Below are positions 49,097 through 61,910 of a stretch of 64,000 nucleotides of DNA, in pieces. Location of the stretch: NCBI GenBank assembly GCA_001929475.1, contig LXFE01000119.1:1-64000 (forward strand). Direction: 5' to 3'. Each line of letters begins with the position of its first letter. The first letter of the stretch is position 1. Made by a program: the position numbers and the translations under genes. The notes below the pieces were generated by a model, which searched no databases, was not told the origin of the DNA, and worked only from the letters and a program-made list of their open reading frames with translations. Origin of the DNA: Neolecta irregularis DAH-3. Lineage: Eukaryota.

Positions 49097-50511
49097 TGAA
49101 TTGATATTTTGAAGAGCCGAGGCCAAAAGTCTGAGGTTTTATATGCCATAAGAGCTCCTGAGCTCCAAAAGTCCCGCCTGCCTGTGTACCAGACGATCAT
49201 TTTGGACTAGTGAAACATGGAATGTCGACCGCGTGTCTTCAACATCCAAGACAGTCGTGTTTGTGTAACAAATCGAAGGTCTGGGGATCTTCATGGAAGT
49301 GTTTCAGGAGAAAAAAGGCCTAGAGTTGATGTGCAAAACGTGTGCGTCAAGGATATTGTAGTGGTATTCGCTGATATCGTACTGTTCTATAATTTCCGAG
49401 TGATAAATCGATAGGCGTTTAGGGTTAGGCGCCTTGGTCAGCTCGATAAGAAAAATGAAGAGTAACAATCTCAAAACCTCTTCCACTAGTAATTCGATGA
49501 AATCTTGAGACACTTTGTCCCGAAGCAAGTGACTAGCAAGGGTGTTTCCCCTTTAGAATCATGAAACAAGTACTGGATTTAATGTCCCTCGCAATGAAGC
49601 GCATGCAACGTTTCTATTGCAAACCAGTTTGTTAACTTTCTGATTTTCACAGCCAGTTGAGGTTGGTGCGTTTCAAGAACAAGCAACTTAGAAATAAGAC
49701 TGTTTCTGATCTCCCGACCAAGCTTCTCTGTAATGGTAAGGTCGTCATTTTGCTGTTTCATGTCCCTCTTAGCGACATTCAAAATAAGACTACTTTCAAG
49801 GGATGATCTTTCCGAATTTCACGATTTTAGTTTGTAACACGCAGGTCGATGCTGCCTGAAAATATGGTAGATCCGCTAGATTCTCGAGTAGTGTTTGGAT
49901 AGTTGTAATAAGGAAAAGGAGCGGGTTATTGTTATTGTTATTGTTATGTCTTGGACTTTCTTTTCTGACGAGGGGGAAGAGTACCCTGCTATATATACCC
50001 AGTGAGAGAAAGAGCCACATCAGCAGCCACATCAGTAAAAGTAAAAAGATAAAAAAAGGAATAATGAGTTCCCAAGCTACCGTAAACTACCTTAGGCGAT
50101 TCCCAGTACTATGCATACTCCCGATAGTGTTAAACGCGATTACCAAAAGGATAAAGCTTCCGACCAGTTCGATAGGCTAGAATTATGCGAGGGCGAGGAG
50201 GCAAGGTTTGACGGGGTTGAGGATAAACATTCCGTATTCAGGACGAGCGAATGAATAGAAACGAAACCGGGCAGGTTATAGATGATTATTCCGAAGGAGA
50301 GTGGATAATTGAAAAGGACCAAAGAGCGTTATAGCATGACTGACCGATTTTGGCATGGATGAGTGAAGGAACGTGGTTTTGATCATGAGTACCACAAGTT
50401 ACATAATGGTCAAAGCAAGTCGATGGAAATTGTAAATTTAGAGCCTCGGACTCGGCCGATAGTCCGGGTGTCGGGTTTATTGGGTAGTATTCCCATCAAG
50501 TTAATCTCGAC

Positions 50512-51728
50512 ATGAGCACGGGACTCGACCGAGTTCCACGGTTCCAAGACATGCCGATGGCAAACTTAGTGACTATTTCCTATTCGCAGCTACAAAATGA
50601 AAAGGAAGTGAACTGTCTGTTTCCGATTTTAGAAAAAGCGTTTGGTCGGGGTTCAGATTGCTTGGGAGCTTTGATTGTCAGTGATCTGCCTACGCATTAT
50701 AGTCAATTACGCAGCCGACTCCTTAGCTATTCGACATGGCTCAACAACCTTCCAGAAGACCAATTAATGGCATTAGAGCGTAAGGAAGCTTATTATGTTG
50801 TCGGATACTCCCGCGGCAAAGAGGCATTTGCTACATTGGACGATCTGAAAGGTACCTCCAATTCCTTTGGAGTGCTCTTCATACCATCAGGGAGCTTTTA
50901 TGCCAATCCAGTTCACGAATTTGCAGAGGGCGATGGTTTCCCCGAATACACTACTCCAAACGTATGGCCTTTAGAAGAGTTGCTACCTGGATTTCGTGAA
51001 GCGTTCGTCCAACTTGGTCAATTCGTTGTCGATGTCGGAGCTCTTGTTGCCAGGGTATGTCTTATTTCATGAAGATTTTTGAATCGCCATTAGGCGTGCG
51101 ATGCATATGTAACATCAAAAGTCCCTCATTATCCTCAACAATATCTCCAAAACATGGTCAAGGCTTCCTCAACGACAAAGGCACGTCTACTACACTATTT
51201 TTCGCCCAGACCAGATGCTCGAGACCCAGCAGAAGATGACTGGTGCGGAGAACACCTTGATCATTCATGTTTGACCGGTATGTGTCCAGTTTATTGAACT
51301 GAAAACAATAGGCCTCACGTCAGCAATGTTCGCATCGGAGCCGAGTTCGCCATTTAATCCCTCCAATATCGACATAGAGGAATTCGAAGCCTCGCCGGAT
51401 CCACTAGCAGGTCTGTATATTAGAGACAGAGCTGGAAGGACCACAAAAGTTTCTATTCCTCGAGATTGCCTGGCTTTTCAGACTGGAGAAGCATTACAAG
51501 TCGCAACTAATGGATGGCTGAGAGCTACTCCACATTATGTTCGAGGCTGTCGACCCAGTCTTGCTAGAAACACAGTTCGCAATACCCTTGCTGTGTTTAT
51601 GCAACCAGGCTTGAATGAGAAGATAGGCGCATATGATGGAGATTTTGCTCAATTTGTAAGTCTTCTTGTCGCGATAAGAGAACTAACCAAGCAAGGCAAA
51701 CGAGATTCTACAGAAAAATGTTGCTTAA
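50512..51728 (+). CDS. 2-oxoglutarate/Fe(II)-dependent dioxygenase
   Basis: KGSFYANP, NVWP, RLLHYF, WCGEHLDHSCLTG (HxD), FQTGEALQ, ATPHYV and RNTLAVF; 4 introns. Confidence 0.9.
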
Positions 51729-52996
51729 AGATGGCAGATCTATATAAGATGACTCAAAGATAAATGATATATGTTGAAGTGATGAGTAGAGGTATTTCCC
51801 AAAATCCCAATCACAGCGAAGTACCAGGACTAAGGGAAGTCCTTTCGGTCATGGAGATGTCGCCCAGCTTGAAACATCGTCCTCCACTTCAATCAGTCCG
51901 AGCGGTGAGATTTTGACACCCGATATCGGAGAACATTTGCTGGGTGGTCAAATATTGTACCAAGCAGGATTCTGTAGTCATGGTGTAGTTAATACTGAAT
52001 AGAACGAGCCCCCGATGAATCCAATGCACCAAGGACTCGAAGAGAATAGCCAAAGAAGCACTAGAAAATCGCTATGTGGATTGGATCAAATTTAAGTCTG
52101 CTGACCAAGTTAGGAAATTGCGAAAAAAAAACAGAGAGGAGAGATCTGGAGGCTTCAATTGGAATTGTTCGGGCTGAAATACCTCTATTGTTTACTAGCA
52201 ATAAATGTCGTTCTCTCTTGACTCGATGAGGACCGAATTAGCATGCATGGATCGACAAAAATAGAGATATGAGAACTGAGGGTACTGCAAATCGTGGAGA
52301 GAAATAAAACATTTGGAACTTAATTCAACCCCGAAAACAAATTGTAATTTCCATGAGCAGAGATGATTTATTAGCTACATGAAGTAACCAAAGCGTTTAG
52401 TATTTTAGTATATTTTAATGTATTGGGTGGGTTCTCTTACTTAATATGAGCTTAGAAATTGATCTCGACGAAAATGGTTTCTAACATGTTTTGCCCTTGA
52501 ATATCCCCCGGTGACAAAAGGAGGGGAGCTAAAAAGATATTTAGCACATACTGGGTATCTTTTAAATGAAGGGCGTGCCAATTACGCCAAAACAATCCTT
52601 AGTAACAAATGACCATTTCTTCCGCTAGCCTTTGAGAACCAGGCCTACGAAGACAGGACTGCCTAGACTATTGATAATTCCACAACTAATCCCCGACATA
52701 AATATGGCTCAGAACAAGCTTGATTAGACTTGCAGTTGGATAAAATCACCTACCGTACCGAAGATTGATTTCAAATTGAGCCAACAACTGTTCGATCCTT
52801 CAACTAGAAGACTATTTAGATGCTGGCGACTAAAGACCAGAGAGCCAAAGTGTGCCTTGTAATACTCAAGCTAACATTGGTCACGGGGCATTGAAAGATA
52901 AAGCTTATCACGAACGCTGATTATTTTGAAAAACCAATACGGTATGATGAGCAGCCATACTACATATCTGTAGTTGGAACTTTTTTTTGGTATGCT

Positions 52997-53264
52997 TCTC
53001 TTGTCCTTTTTATACACAAGATGGTAGAATATATATATGTTGCCTCTACGGCTGTAGTCATCATGAAGTGGTGTGACAATATCGGTCATATGTATTGACA
53101 TATAACTTCGACAAATCATGCAGTCTGGATTGTTTGTATCCATCTCTTGTCTTTTGTATATTCAAGATGGTAGAATATATGTTTCCTCGACGGCTATTGT
53201 CACATCTGACAATATCGGTCATAAGTATTGATATTAATAACTTCGACAAATCATGCGGTGTGGA
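52997..53264. repeat. Diverged direct duplication, period about 146 bp
   Basis: tctcttgtc..caagatggtagaatatat..tgacaatatcggtcata.gtattga..ataacttcgacaaatcatgc occurs at 52997 and 53143. Confidence 0.9.
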
Positions 53265-53701
53265 CATGGTGATCATTCAAAAGATTGAACTGTTCCAGAA
53301 CTTTAATCTAAATTCTGTTCCTGGAAAGCGTTGATGCATGGACCTGATATCGTAAAAATCTGAATGGGGTCTGTTGTGATTACATTTTTCGAGAACGCTC
53401 ACCTCCACCGCCAATACCTGAATATCGGTAGTATTACTGGTACCTCAATCGTGCATATATTCCGCGCATTTACGTCTTATTCAGCAGTGATCGTACCATT
53501 TGCTATTTGTTACCGGTGTTCAGAGGTTCAGAGGTTCCCGGTCGTGACAGGGGTTTGTAGTGCATTTACAACATCCCAACTACAGCGACTTGTCGCCGAT
53601 TGTCATTCTCATAACCACCTCCTCATCCTTCACTCTTTCCTCTCATACTCTTCTTAATTCCACTTGGAGCCGCATATCACGAAACAGCTTGCATTGATTC
53701 A

Positions 53702-55072
53702 ATGGGTAGTGTTGGCCCTTCTCAGGGTGAAGACAATCCATCAGAGAAACAGCATGGCGCTCGTAAGACTCCTCGGCACAAACCATAATTAATTATATTT
53801 TTCAGCGGTAGATTCTGCAGAACGCCCTTCTGTCCTAGCCAAGGATGTTCAACCGGCTGATAATATGATACAAGAAAACCCCTCGGAAGCTCAAATATTC
53901 AAAGAAGAAAAGTCATCATCCACCCCTCTCAATTCCGCCTCAAAGAAAAGAAAATCAAAGAAAAATCCATTCTCAATCGTATCGAACTTGTTCAAATGCT
54001 GCGTGCATCCGAGTGTTCAAGAACAAGATTATCCCCCCCAGGCCGATATCACTAGGAGGAAAGAAAGCGTGCCAATAGAAATCGAAAATACCGCAGCAAA
54101 CCCTCTGACAGAAACAGTGATTGTTCCTGCCTCGCAAACAACGGTTGTCACAGATAAAAGTTATCTGCCGGTAGATGCTTGTGATGGCAGGTTATCCGAG
54201 AAGCACATTACAGATGATCAACCTGAAGTGAAGGAGACTGGGAACCCTATCGATTCTTCAGTGATTTCTCCCATCGAAGAAGGCGATTTGGGGACTGAAA
54301 AAGATATAATTAGCAATTATGGAGCCGTGATAGGTTCCCCTTTGTTGGTATCTTATCGCTCCCAACGAAATCTTGTTTAATAATTTAGGAATCATCCCCT
54401 CAAGGGTGGCTGCTGAAACCGTTGGAACCTGCAAATCAAGGGAAGAAATGTCTCGTCTTGGATTTAGACGAGACTTTAGTACATTCTTCTTTCAAGGTAT
54501 GGTGATTGAAAGATGCACATGTCTTATATCTTGGAATAGCTCATTCATCAAGCCGATTTCGTCGTGCCTGTAGAGATTGAAGGGCAGTACCACAATGTCT
54601 ATGTTATCAAAAGACCAGGAGTTGATGCTTTTATGAAGAAAATGGGAGAGCTATATGAAGTTGTGGTCTTCACTGCAAGTTTATCCAAGGTTTGATTTAC
54701 CATTCATGGAATTATATCTGACATCATAGTATGCAGATCCAGTATTAGATATGCTGGACATCCACAAAGTCGTCCACCACCGGTTGTTCCGCGAGTCCTG
54801 CTATAACCATCATGGCAATTATGTGAAGGTGTCAAATAACTCGTTAAAAGTGCTGAACATTTAAGGACTTGAGTCACCTTGGTCGAGATCTTCGAGAAGT
54901 CATCATCATCGACAATTCTCCAGCAAGTTACGTTTTCCATCCTGCGAATGCTGTCCCTATTTCCTCGTGGTTCAACGATCCTCATGACACAGAACTTCTA
55001 GATATCATCCCTTTCCTTGAAGATTTAACCAAAGTCAACGATGTCTCCGCTGTTCTTGATATGTTGATCTAA
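53702..55072 (+). CDS. PSR1: FCP1/SCP-family HAD phosphatase, Psr1/Psr2-like
   Basis: [29 protein letters not shown] and IIIDNSP; MG start and FKCC lipidation-like motifs; 5 introns. Confidence 0.93.
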
Positions 55073-56125
55073 GCTCGAGTCAAGTCCACATTTAATTTGA
55101 CTCCTACGTTATGTTATTTCCTTTTGCATCTGAGGAAGAAGGGGTGGAATACTCTGGGTTACTTGTTAGTGACACAATGGTGTTTAGTTGATCCTATAGC
55201 TTCTTTTTTCATCACCCTAATGTTCAAACTTCACAGCGCGGCGGAGTTCAATGTTGTTGGTTAACTGGTTATTTTTTCAGCCCACTCATTAGCATTTCTT
55301 CTTTCCTTTCTCAAGAGGCTATCTCTTTTCTGCTTACTATTGTGGGTCTCTTTATTTCTTTATTTATTGCAGAGGTACATCTTTATGTTTGTACAATGAA
55401 ACTTTGTAAGCTCCTTCATACCATTAATAAACATTCTTCACAAGGTTTAAATATCTTGATGTATCGTACCCAGTTCTATCCCACTAGTCTAGCATGAACA
55501 TCCAAAAATGGCTCTCCGAGTTGAAATACGCAACTCCTTAAAGCTTGTCAGCAGTTTTCCATGAGAGTACCTTGCTCCTCGAGCCAAGCATCAACCGTTT
55601 TTTAAAGGAATGTTTTAAATCAATTGAGAAGTCATTATTTCGACAGGGATTTGTAGGACAAGCCACACAGAGAATGCTCCTGCTCAATTTACCTTCATTT
55701 TGAAAGCTCACATGAGAAAGAAAAATCGATCTCGTATCACACCGGACCACAAATCCTCAAAAAAAGTAGATTATGCCTGTCGGCTTTCTTAGAGCTTCAC
55801 TCAACCCTTTCAAGAGGTGGAACATCTCGGGATAATTCAAATTAATTGGAATAGCCCGACATTATACATGGCAAAAAATGCACAGTTTGTAGAATCAGCA
55901 AACTCGCATCGTCCTTCTAGTTTACTCGTCAGAAATTGCCTGTCTTTGGGTAAAAACGACCTTTCTTTTGCACTAACTAAATTACGAATACTAGCTGCTT
56001 ATCGTAAAGTTCTTAGCCGATAGCAAGAACGTTTCTTGCCATGTCCTCTTAATAGACTCGCAGGAGGACTAGCATCCATATTCGGAAAAGCACAGCCGGT
56101 CCGATGCAAGCCATAAGAAAACTGC

Positions 56126-57052
56126 TTAAGAACTCAGTCCTTTGAAGAACTCGTTATACGCTTGTTCAATGTCGAAGAGCATCTACACATTAGCTTCTCT
56201 TATTATAAGCCTCACCTGACGGCTCTGCTCTTCGGTGATCTCGTCCGCTGCATTCATCTGGTTGAGCTTAATGAGCCTGATTATGAATTTATTAGCATAA
56301 AATAATATCATTACCAATTGACAATCTTAGAACGTCCCTGGAATTCTTGAACTGTAACATTATTCAGGCTGGTTATAAGATCTGACAGGAGAGGATGTAG
56401 CTGATCCTTTGCACTGTACTTGAGTTTTAGCGCGTCCATAAAAGTTATAAAATTCTTGGTGGTAAACAGGCGATTAACAGAGGACAGGAACACCTGAACA
56501 GCTTCTGCCACTTCTTTTGCAGATGTACCAGTAGTTATTGCGACGGAGTCAGCACCAGCATGTTCAACAGTTACTGGCACTCCAATTTTGAGGCGATAAG
56601 ACGCAGATGAGTATGATACCTTCTTGTAAGCCAAGATAAGTACAAACGATCCAAATACTTTATAGCCATTCATAAAAGTGTCGATGTCTTTAAATTTGGC
56701 CGCTACTTCCGGCGTCTTCAGAATCGATTTATATTGTGTGAGCAGACGTTGACATGTTGTAGCATATCTTTAACCTACTTAGAATATAGATCCCGTGAAT
56801 CATACCTACTGTGCCTGATTGACTGTGTCCCTTGTGTACGCTTTTTCCAGAAACTCGAGAGATACAATGATGGAGTATAATTCGGCCAGATCCTCGTAAA
56901 TTTCTCGTTTTGCGGAAGTTGTATATAACTTGACCTCCTTTAAATCAACTCTCATTCCCAGAATTTCACTGGACCTCGTCCAAGGAAATATTTGAAGCTA
57001 ACGGCGGCGAAATAATCGACGATGTAGGAGCATATGGGGTCTGTCGAGACAT
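56126..57052 (-). CDS. VPS28: ESCRT-I subunit
   Basis: LDEEVKLY, LAELYSII..LEFLEKAY, NFITFMDALKL..AKDQLHPLL and LFDIEQAY; multiple introns. Confidence 0.95.
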
Positions 57053-57584
57053 AATGTGCTGCCGATCGAGTGGTGTAGATTAATTCATGTCAAAGGCTCA
57101 AAAGAAATATAAATCTGCCCGAGCTAGTCCCCAAATGAATAACATATTCTTCCAAACTCTAAGATACGAATACCAAGATATCATTTCTTACGGTCGTTTT
57201 GATAAAGTCACCAGAAATTTTGTGTGAACCATAATACCATATATGGTAATGAAAATTCCTACCCAACATGGAACCAAGTATACGTGAACACATAAAGCAG
57301 AACATTCGATCCAAAATAGTGTCAATTCTCTACGTTTGAGAAGAGGCTGTGGTACTATATATCATTCTAACAACGTAGCGATAGAAGTGGACGATAACAT
57401 TTGTATATATCCATCCAGTCATTAACAATGGTGTCACCGATGCGCTATTGATTCAGGGATCCGAAATACAGAAATTACTCAGGACTGGGAACACTGGAAC
57501 CCGGTGAAGGATTTTCTTTGCTTTTCCTTCGAGACTGGCCCCGCGGTTTCTTCTCTCATTCATATTTCACGGCGTTATTCTCTG

Positions 57585-57949
57585 CTAGTTCTGATCGTAG
57601 TCATGAGTATACTGCGCAGCAGCTTGTTCTCTCGCTTCTTCTTGCATCTAAGACTTTAAATATTGTCCATACTCATCTCTCCATACCATAATTGAGTAAA
57701 CACTTGCCTTGAAGAAAGTGAAAACTAGCCCAGTTTTTCTTTCCAGCTCGCGGAGAGAATCAAGAATTTGGGTTGTAGGCTGGCCCGCAAGATCCTGAAT
57801 CAACCCATTCAGCTAAACGAAGCACCTTAATGATGTGCCAACAAAAGCCTATATACCCTCTCAAGGCTTGCTGCCAGACGTGAATATTGGTCCAAAACTG
57901 TTTGTTCGAGTTCTGTTATGGGAGAGGGTGATGAGGGTGACGGTGCCAT
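57585..57949 (-). CDS. DAD3: DASH/Dam1 complex subunit
   Basis: LEQTVLDQYSRLA...ILDSLRELERKTGLVFTFFKASVYSI; 2 introns. Confidence 0.9.
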
Positions 57950-58006
57950 ATTGAGGTTATTCGACACGTGTATAATAAATAGCATAGTCCACCATCTATC
58001 AACAGC

Positions 58007-59629
58007 ATGTCTAGTAAATGGGCAAAGGAAGACTTCGTAACAGGTCTCAGTGGAGGTCCTCTCGATGAGATAATCTGGGTATCTCTGGCTGCTCCGGTAT
58101 ATACTGATCAATATTGGCAAAAGATTAATTGACATGTTCTAGTCAGCATATTTCCTATGGTCGGCTCTCCAATCACGGCTAGATATATTCCAGAATTATT
58201 ATTTTTTCGCATATATCCTCGATATCAGTCTGAATTGCATGGGCCTTTTGTTGTCAATTACATTATGTTCGAATCATCCAAAGTCGCTTAATTTACTATT
58301 TATTATTCCAGGAATTTTGCTATTTCTCGTCAAATCACCTTCAAGAAAGGTCCTCAGGAAACATCAAGGCGCAGGTATACTTCCAAGGAAACCATTTATT
58401 ACCGCGTATCGAGGTGGAATGCAAATAATTACTTGCCTCGCTATTTTAGCCGTTGACTTTCATATATTTCCACGGAGATTTGCAAAGGTTGAGACCTGGG
58501 GCACTTCGCTGGTACATACTCCTAATTTTCCAATACTATTGCCAAGTAGATGGATCTTGGAGTGGGATCGTTTGTATTTGCAGCTGGCGTCGTTGCTGTT
58601 AGGCCTTTATTAAAGGATACGAACATTTCAATGGCGAGATTGATTAGAGTATCAATCAAACAATCTATACCTCTCCTCGTTTTAGGGTGTGCTAGATTAG
58701 TGTTGATCAAAGGTGTCGACTACCATGTATTTACCCTTTTGAAGATGGGCTAATTATCGAGGAACACGTCACAGAGTACGGTGTTCATTGGAATTTCTTC
58801 TTTACACTTGGTCTTTTACCGCCATTTGTGACACTACTCTCTGGGATTTACACTCTATTACCTTCATATGCCCTTTTATCCCTCATCATTGTCTCCAGTT
58901 ACCAATTCTTCCTCGAAAATAGAGGTCTCAAAGCATATATATTGACGGCGCCACGGGAAAACTTACTCTCTCAAAATAGAGAAGGCATATTTTCTTTCAT
59001 TGGTAGCAGCTTCTTCTTGGGAAAATATTTAAATGCTAGGATATCTCTCCATATTTTTAGCGGGCATGGATATCGGTCGATATATTCTCCCTCGGAAACC
59101 CGAATTGCCTTATTTCTTATTTTTCAGCAAAAGGTCCTCAGAGCGAGTCAAAGTTTTTTTAATGTTAGCCCTTTGGGCTACATTCTGGACTTCAGCATAC
59201 CTTTTTTCTACAAACTACTTTGCTCTGACGGTTTCTAGGAGAATGGTATGGTCGAAACTAGAAGCAAGGCTAAGCCCTAGGCTAATCTCCCGTATGTCCT
59301 TTGGATATGTGCGTACAATGTTGGATATTTACTCATTTATTTCATGATCGAAATTTTGTTTTTCAAGAAGGAAGAAGACCACGTGGACTGCGTCCCATCA
59401 GTGCTACATTCGATTAATTACAACGGATTGCCTACTTTCCTGGCGGTACGACTTCTTTTCAATGTCTTCTAAATTCAAGGCGAATACGTTGACAGGTATT
59501 ATCAACATTACCATAAACACTCTTGCTATCAAGACAATTCCAGCCTTTTTGTTACTCACCGCTTATATCCTCACCTTGAGCTTATTATCCGTTCATATGT
59601 ACCAAAAGCAGATTCAACTAAAACTTTAA
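58007..59629 (+). CDS. GWT1: GPI inositol acyltransferase (PIG-W)
   Basis: [58 protein letters not shown] and SRRMANL; 6 introns. Confidence 0.96.
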
Positions 59630-59654
59630 TAATCACTGGCAAATCCGATTCACA

Positions 59655-60569
59655 TTACATAATAAAGGTCCAAAAGCTAGGGAACACAGTCTCATCTTCT
59701 ACTATGCGTCTTACTTGTTCCAAGACAAACTTTTCTACTTTTCCTACATTCTTCAGCACATGCCCTCCTTGCTCTCCAATCTCGCTTTCAATCCTGAGGT
59801 CTTTGAGAACATTTCCTTCCATGAAACAAAGGTGTATCCGATTTTCAATCAACGCAACACAAAGAGACCCTTGTAAATGAATTCCTGTAATTTGAAGCCG
59901 TACAGGAAGGCCAACAAACATGGCAGCAGGATGATTCAAGATAAGCTCTGCGTTGAGAGAGAGACGTATATCTCCTTTGTATTCAACGTCTGCTGTGACC
60001 TGAATGTGCGTTTGCTTTTTCTCAATGGACCTCGACAGTCTTGGTTCATCGGCTACATGGCGACTATATTCGAGTTCACTTGTGTTGGAAATAGAAGAGC
60101 TCTCAGTGCGTCTTCGGATATGGTGGATGGGATTACAGTGCTCAAAAACAGGGCTAAACGGCAGTGTAGGTGTCATCAGCCCAGTGGCAAGACCTGCTGC
60201 GTGAGGCGAGAATGCGGAATAATGCAACGGCTGTCGCTGAGGAAAGAAAAAGGAAAAACTGTGGTCGTTTGGAGTTTCTGCATAAGGGGGCGGCTTTGAA
60301 CTGGTTTGACTGATGCGATCAGAGTCTTCTGCACTTTCCTGTTCGCCTTCTTCCTCATATCCGTAATCTTCCTCGTAGAAATCATCCAATGGATCAGAAA
60401 TATCTTTCACGAAGACTGATGGCGGAACAGAGCCCAGGTCGATATCGATGATCTCGATGCTGCGCAGGAAATTTGGGAGGGTAATCGACGCAAAGTGCGA
60501 GTTGAGCATTATTTTGATATCATTTGCTACCGACGAATCGAGTTTGGTCCAGTCGAATTCGACCGCCAT
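59655..60569 (-). CDS. MDM12: ERMES subunit (SMP domain)
   Basis: MAVEFDW, KDISDPLDDFYE, ESEIGE..HVLKNVGKVEKF and VFPSFWTF; intronless. Confidence 0.93.
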   Translation of the reverse strand: MAVEFDWTKLDSSVANDIKIMLNSHFASITLPNFLRSIEIIDIDLGSVPPSVFVKDISDPLDDFYEEDYGYEEEGEQESAEDSDRISQTSSKPPPYAETPNDHSFSFFFPQRQPLHYSAFSPHAAGLATGLMTPTLPFSPVFEHCNPIHHIRRRTESSSISNTSELEYSRHVADEPRLSRSIEKKQTHIQVTADVEYKGDIRLSLNAELILNHPAAMFVGLPVRLQITGIHLQGSLCVALIENRIHLCFMEGNVLKDLRIESEIGEQGGHVLKNVGKVEKFVLEQVRRIVEDETVFPSFWTFIM

Positions 60570-60628
60570 GTTTTGGATTCTGAAGCTGCAACGAGGTGTA
60601 TATAAAGACGACTGAATGGTAAGGGAAC

Positions 60629-61844
60629 ATGGAATCACGGTCAATTTCCACTCCAACCCCTGCCAACCTCTCTTTTTCTATGTCATCATCCGCGCAAGAC
60701 AATAATACAGACCAACATGAAAGTAGCTTTCTTGCAGAAACACCTCTACAGCACAACCAATCATCATATCATCAAGACCTGCAATTTGAGCAGGATACAT
60801 CTAGCATTGAAAATATTAATTCCCCAATTGCATCTCCTAGCAAAACTCCAGTACGCATACAAGAGGCTATTCCCACAGACCCAACTTCTCTCTTGTCGTC
60901 CATTGGGTCCACAAATGACGTTATTAAAAGCGTTCTTCTCAAAGACCCCACGCTGAGCAGGCCAAACTTTGACCAAACGGAAGAGTCGATAAACTTGGAT
61001 GGTATTCCTTTGCTTAAGAACGACGGTACGACAGCGCTCCCTCTTCAGACATCCCCATCAAAGTTTATGTCGATTACGTCTTCTTCAAGTCCTAGTAAAG
61101 TTTCATCACCGTCAAAGGTTCCATCGAAGCGACTTACCCCAGGAACGCACCACCCTGATAAACGTAGGAGATTAGATGAAGTCAGAAAGACTCTCCACAA
61201 GCCCTTTCGTTCACCCCTAGTAATGTCATCTTGCGAAATCCGACCGACAGTAAATACGCAATTTGCAAGTCCTGAACAAGAACACATGCCTTGCCAAAAT
61301 ACAAGGGTCACTCCGCAAGGAAAACGCTTTCATAACTTTTTCAAAAGCCCCCTGTCTTCTTCAAAGACACTAAACCCGGAGACCCAATCTCTCCAAAATC
61401 GAGCGAGAGAACTCGATAAAGTGATTACTCAAGCTAGAAAAGACATAGAGCTGGCTAAAACAGCATATAGCTACGAGTTGAAGGTATTACATTCTACCCT
61501 CTTTTTTCCTGACAAGATAGAACGAAGATTTACGTCTAAAAGAACTAATTCAAAAATGGAAATTAACATCTCAGCAAGCTGCGGACGACATTTACGCTAC
61601 TGTCTCTGTGAGGGTGAATGCAGCGGGTGGAATCTCCGCGCTTCGTAGTTCAGCGTGTCAAGAAAACTGGGGCTGGACAGAAGACGATAAGCCTTCAGTC
61701 CAAGTCACTAGAAATGCTTTTGATCCTCCCCCAAGCAACGCTCCTGAACCGAAGCACAAATTTACAATGGAGATGATGCTTGAGCAACTGAGTATTCCAT
61801 TTGAGACTATCGGGTGGAATACCAACGCAGGGTATTGGGAGTGA
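60629..61844 (+). CDS. Sfr1/Mei5-family recombination mediator
   Basis: LHKPFRSPL; after one intron LKELIQKWK..SQQAA...NWGW...FTMEMML..LSI...IGW. The start may be 60680. Confidence 0.75.
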
Positions 61845-61910
61845 TTTGCAGTTGCTACTTCTTTAATTCCATGCTAGATATCGCTAAATTCACAAATTCT
61901 GAAAGAAAAA

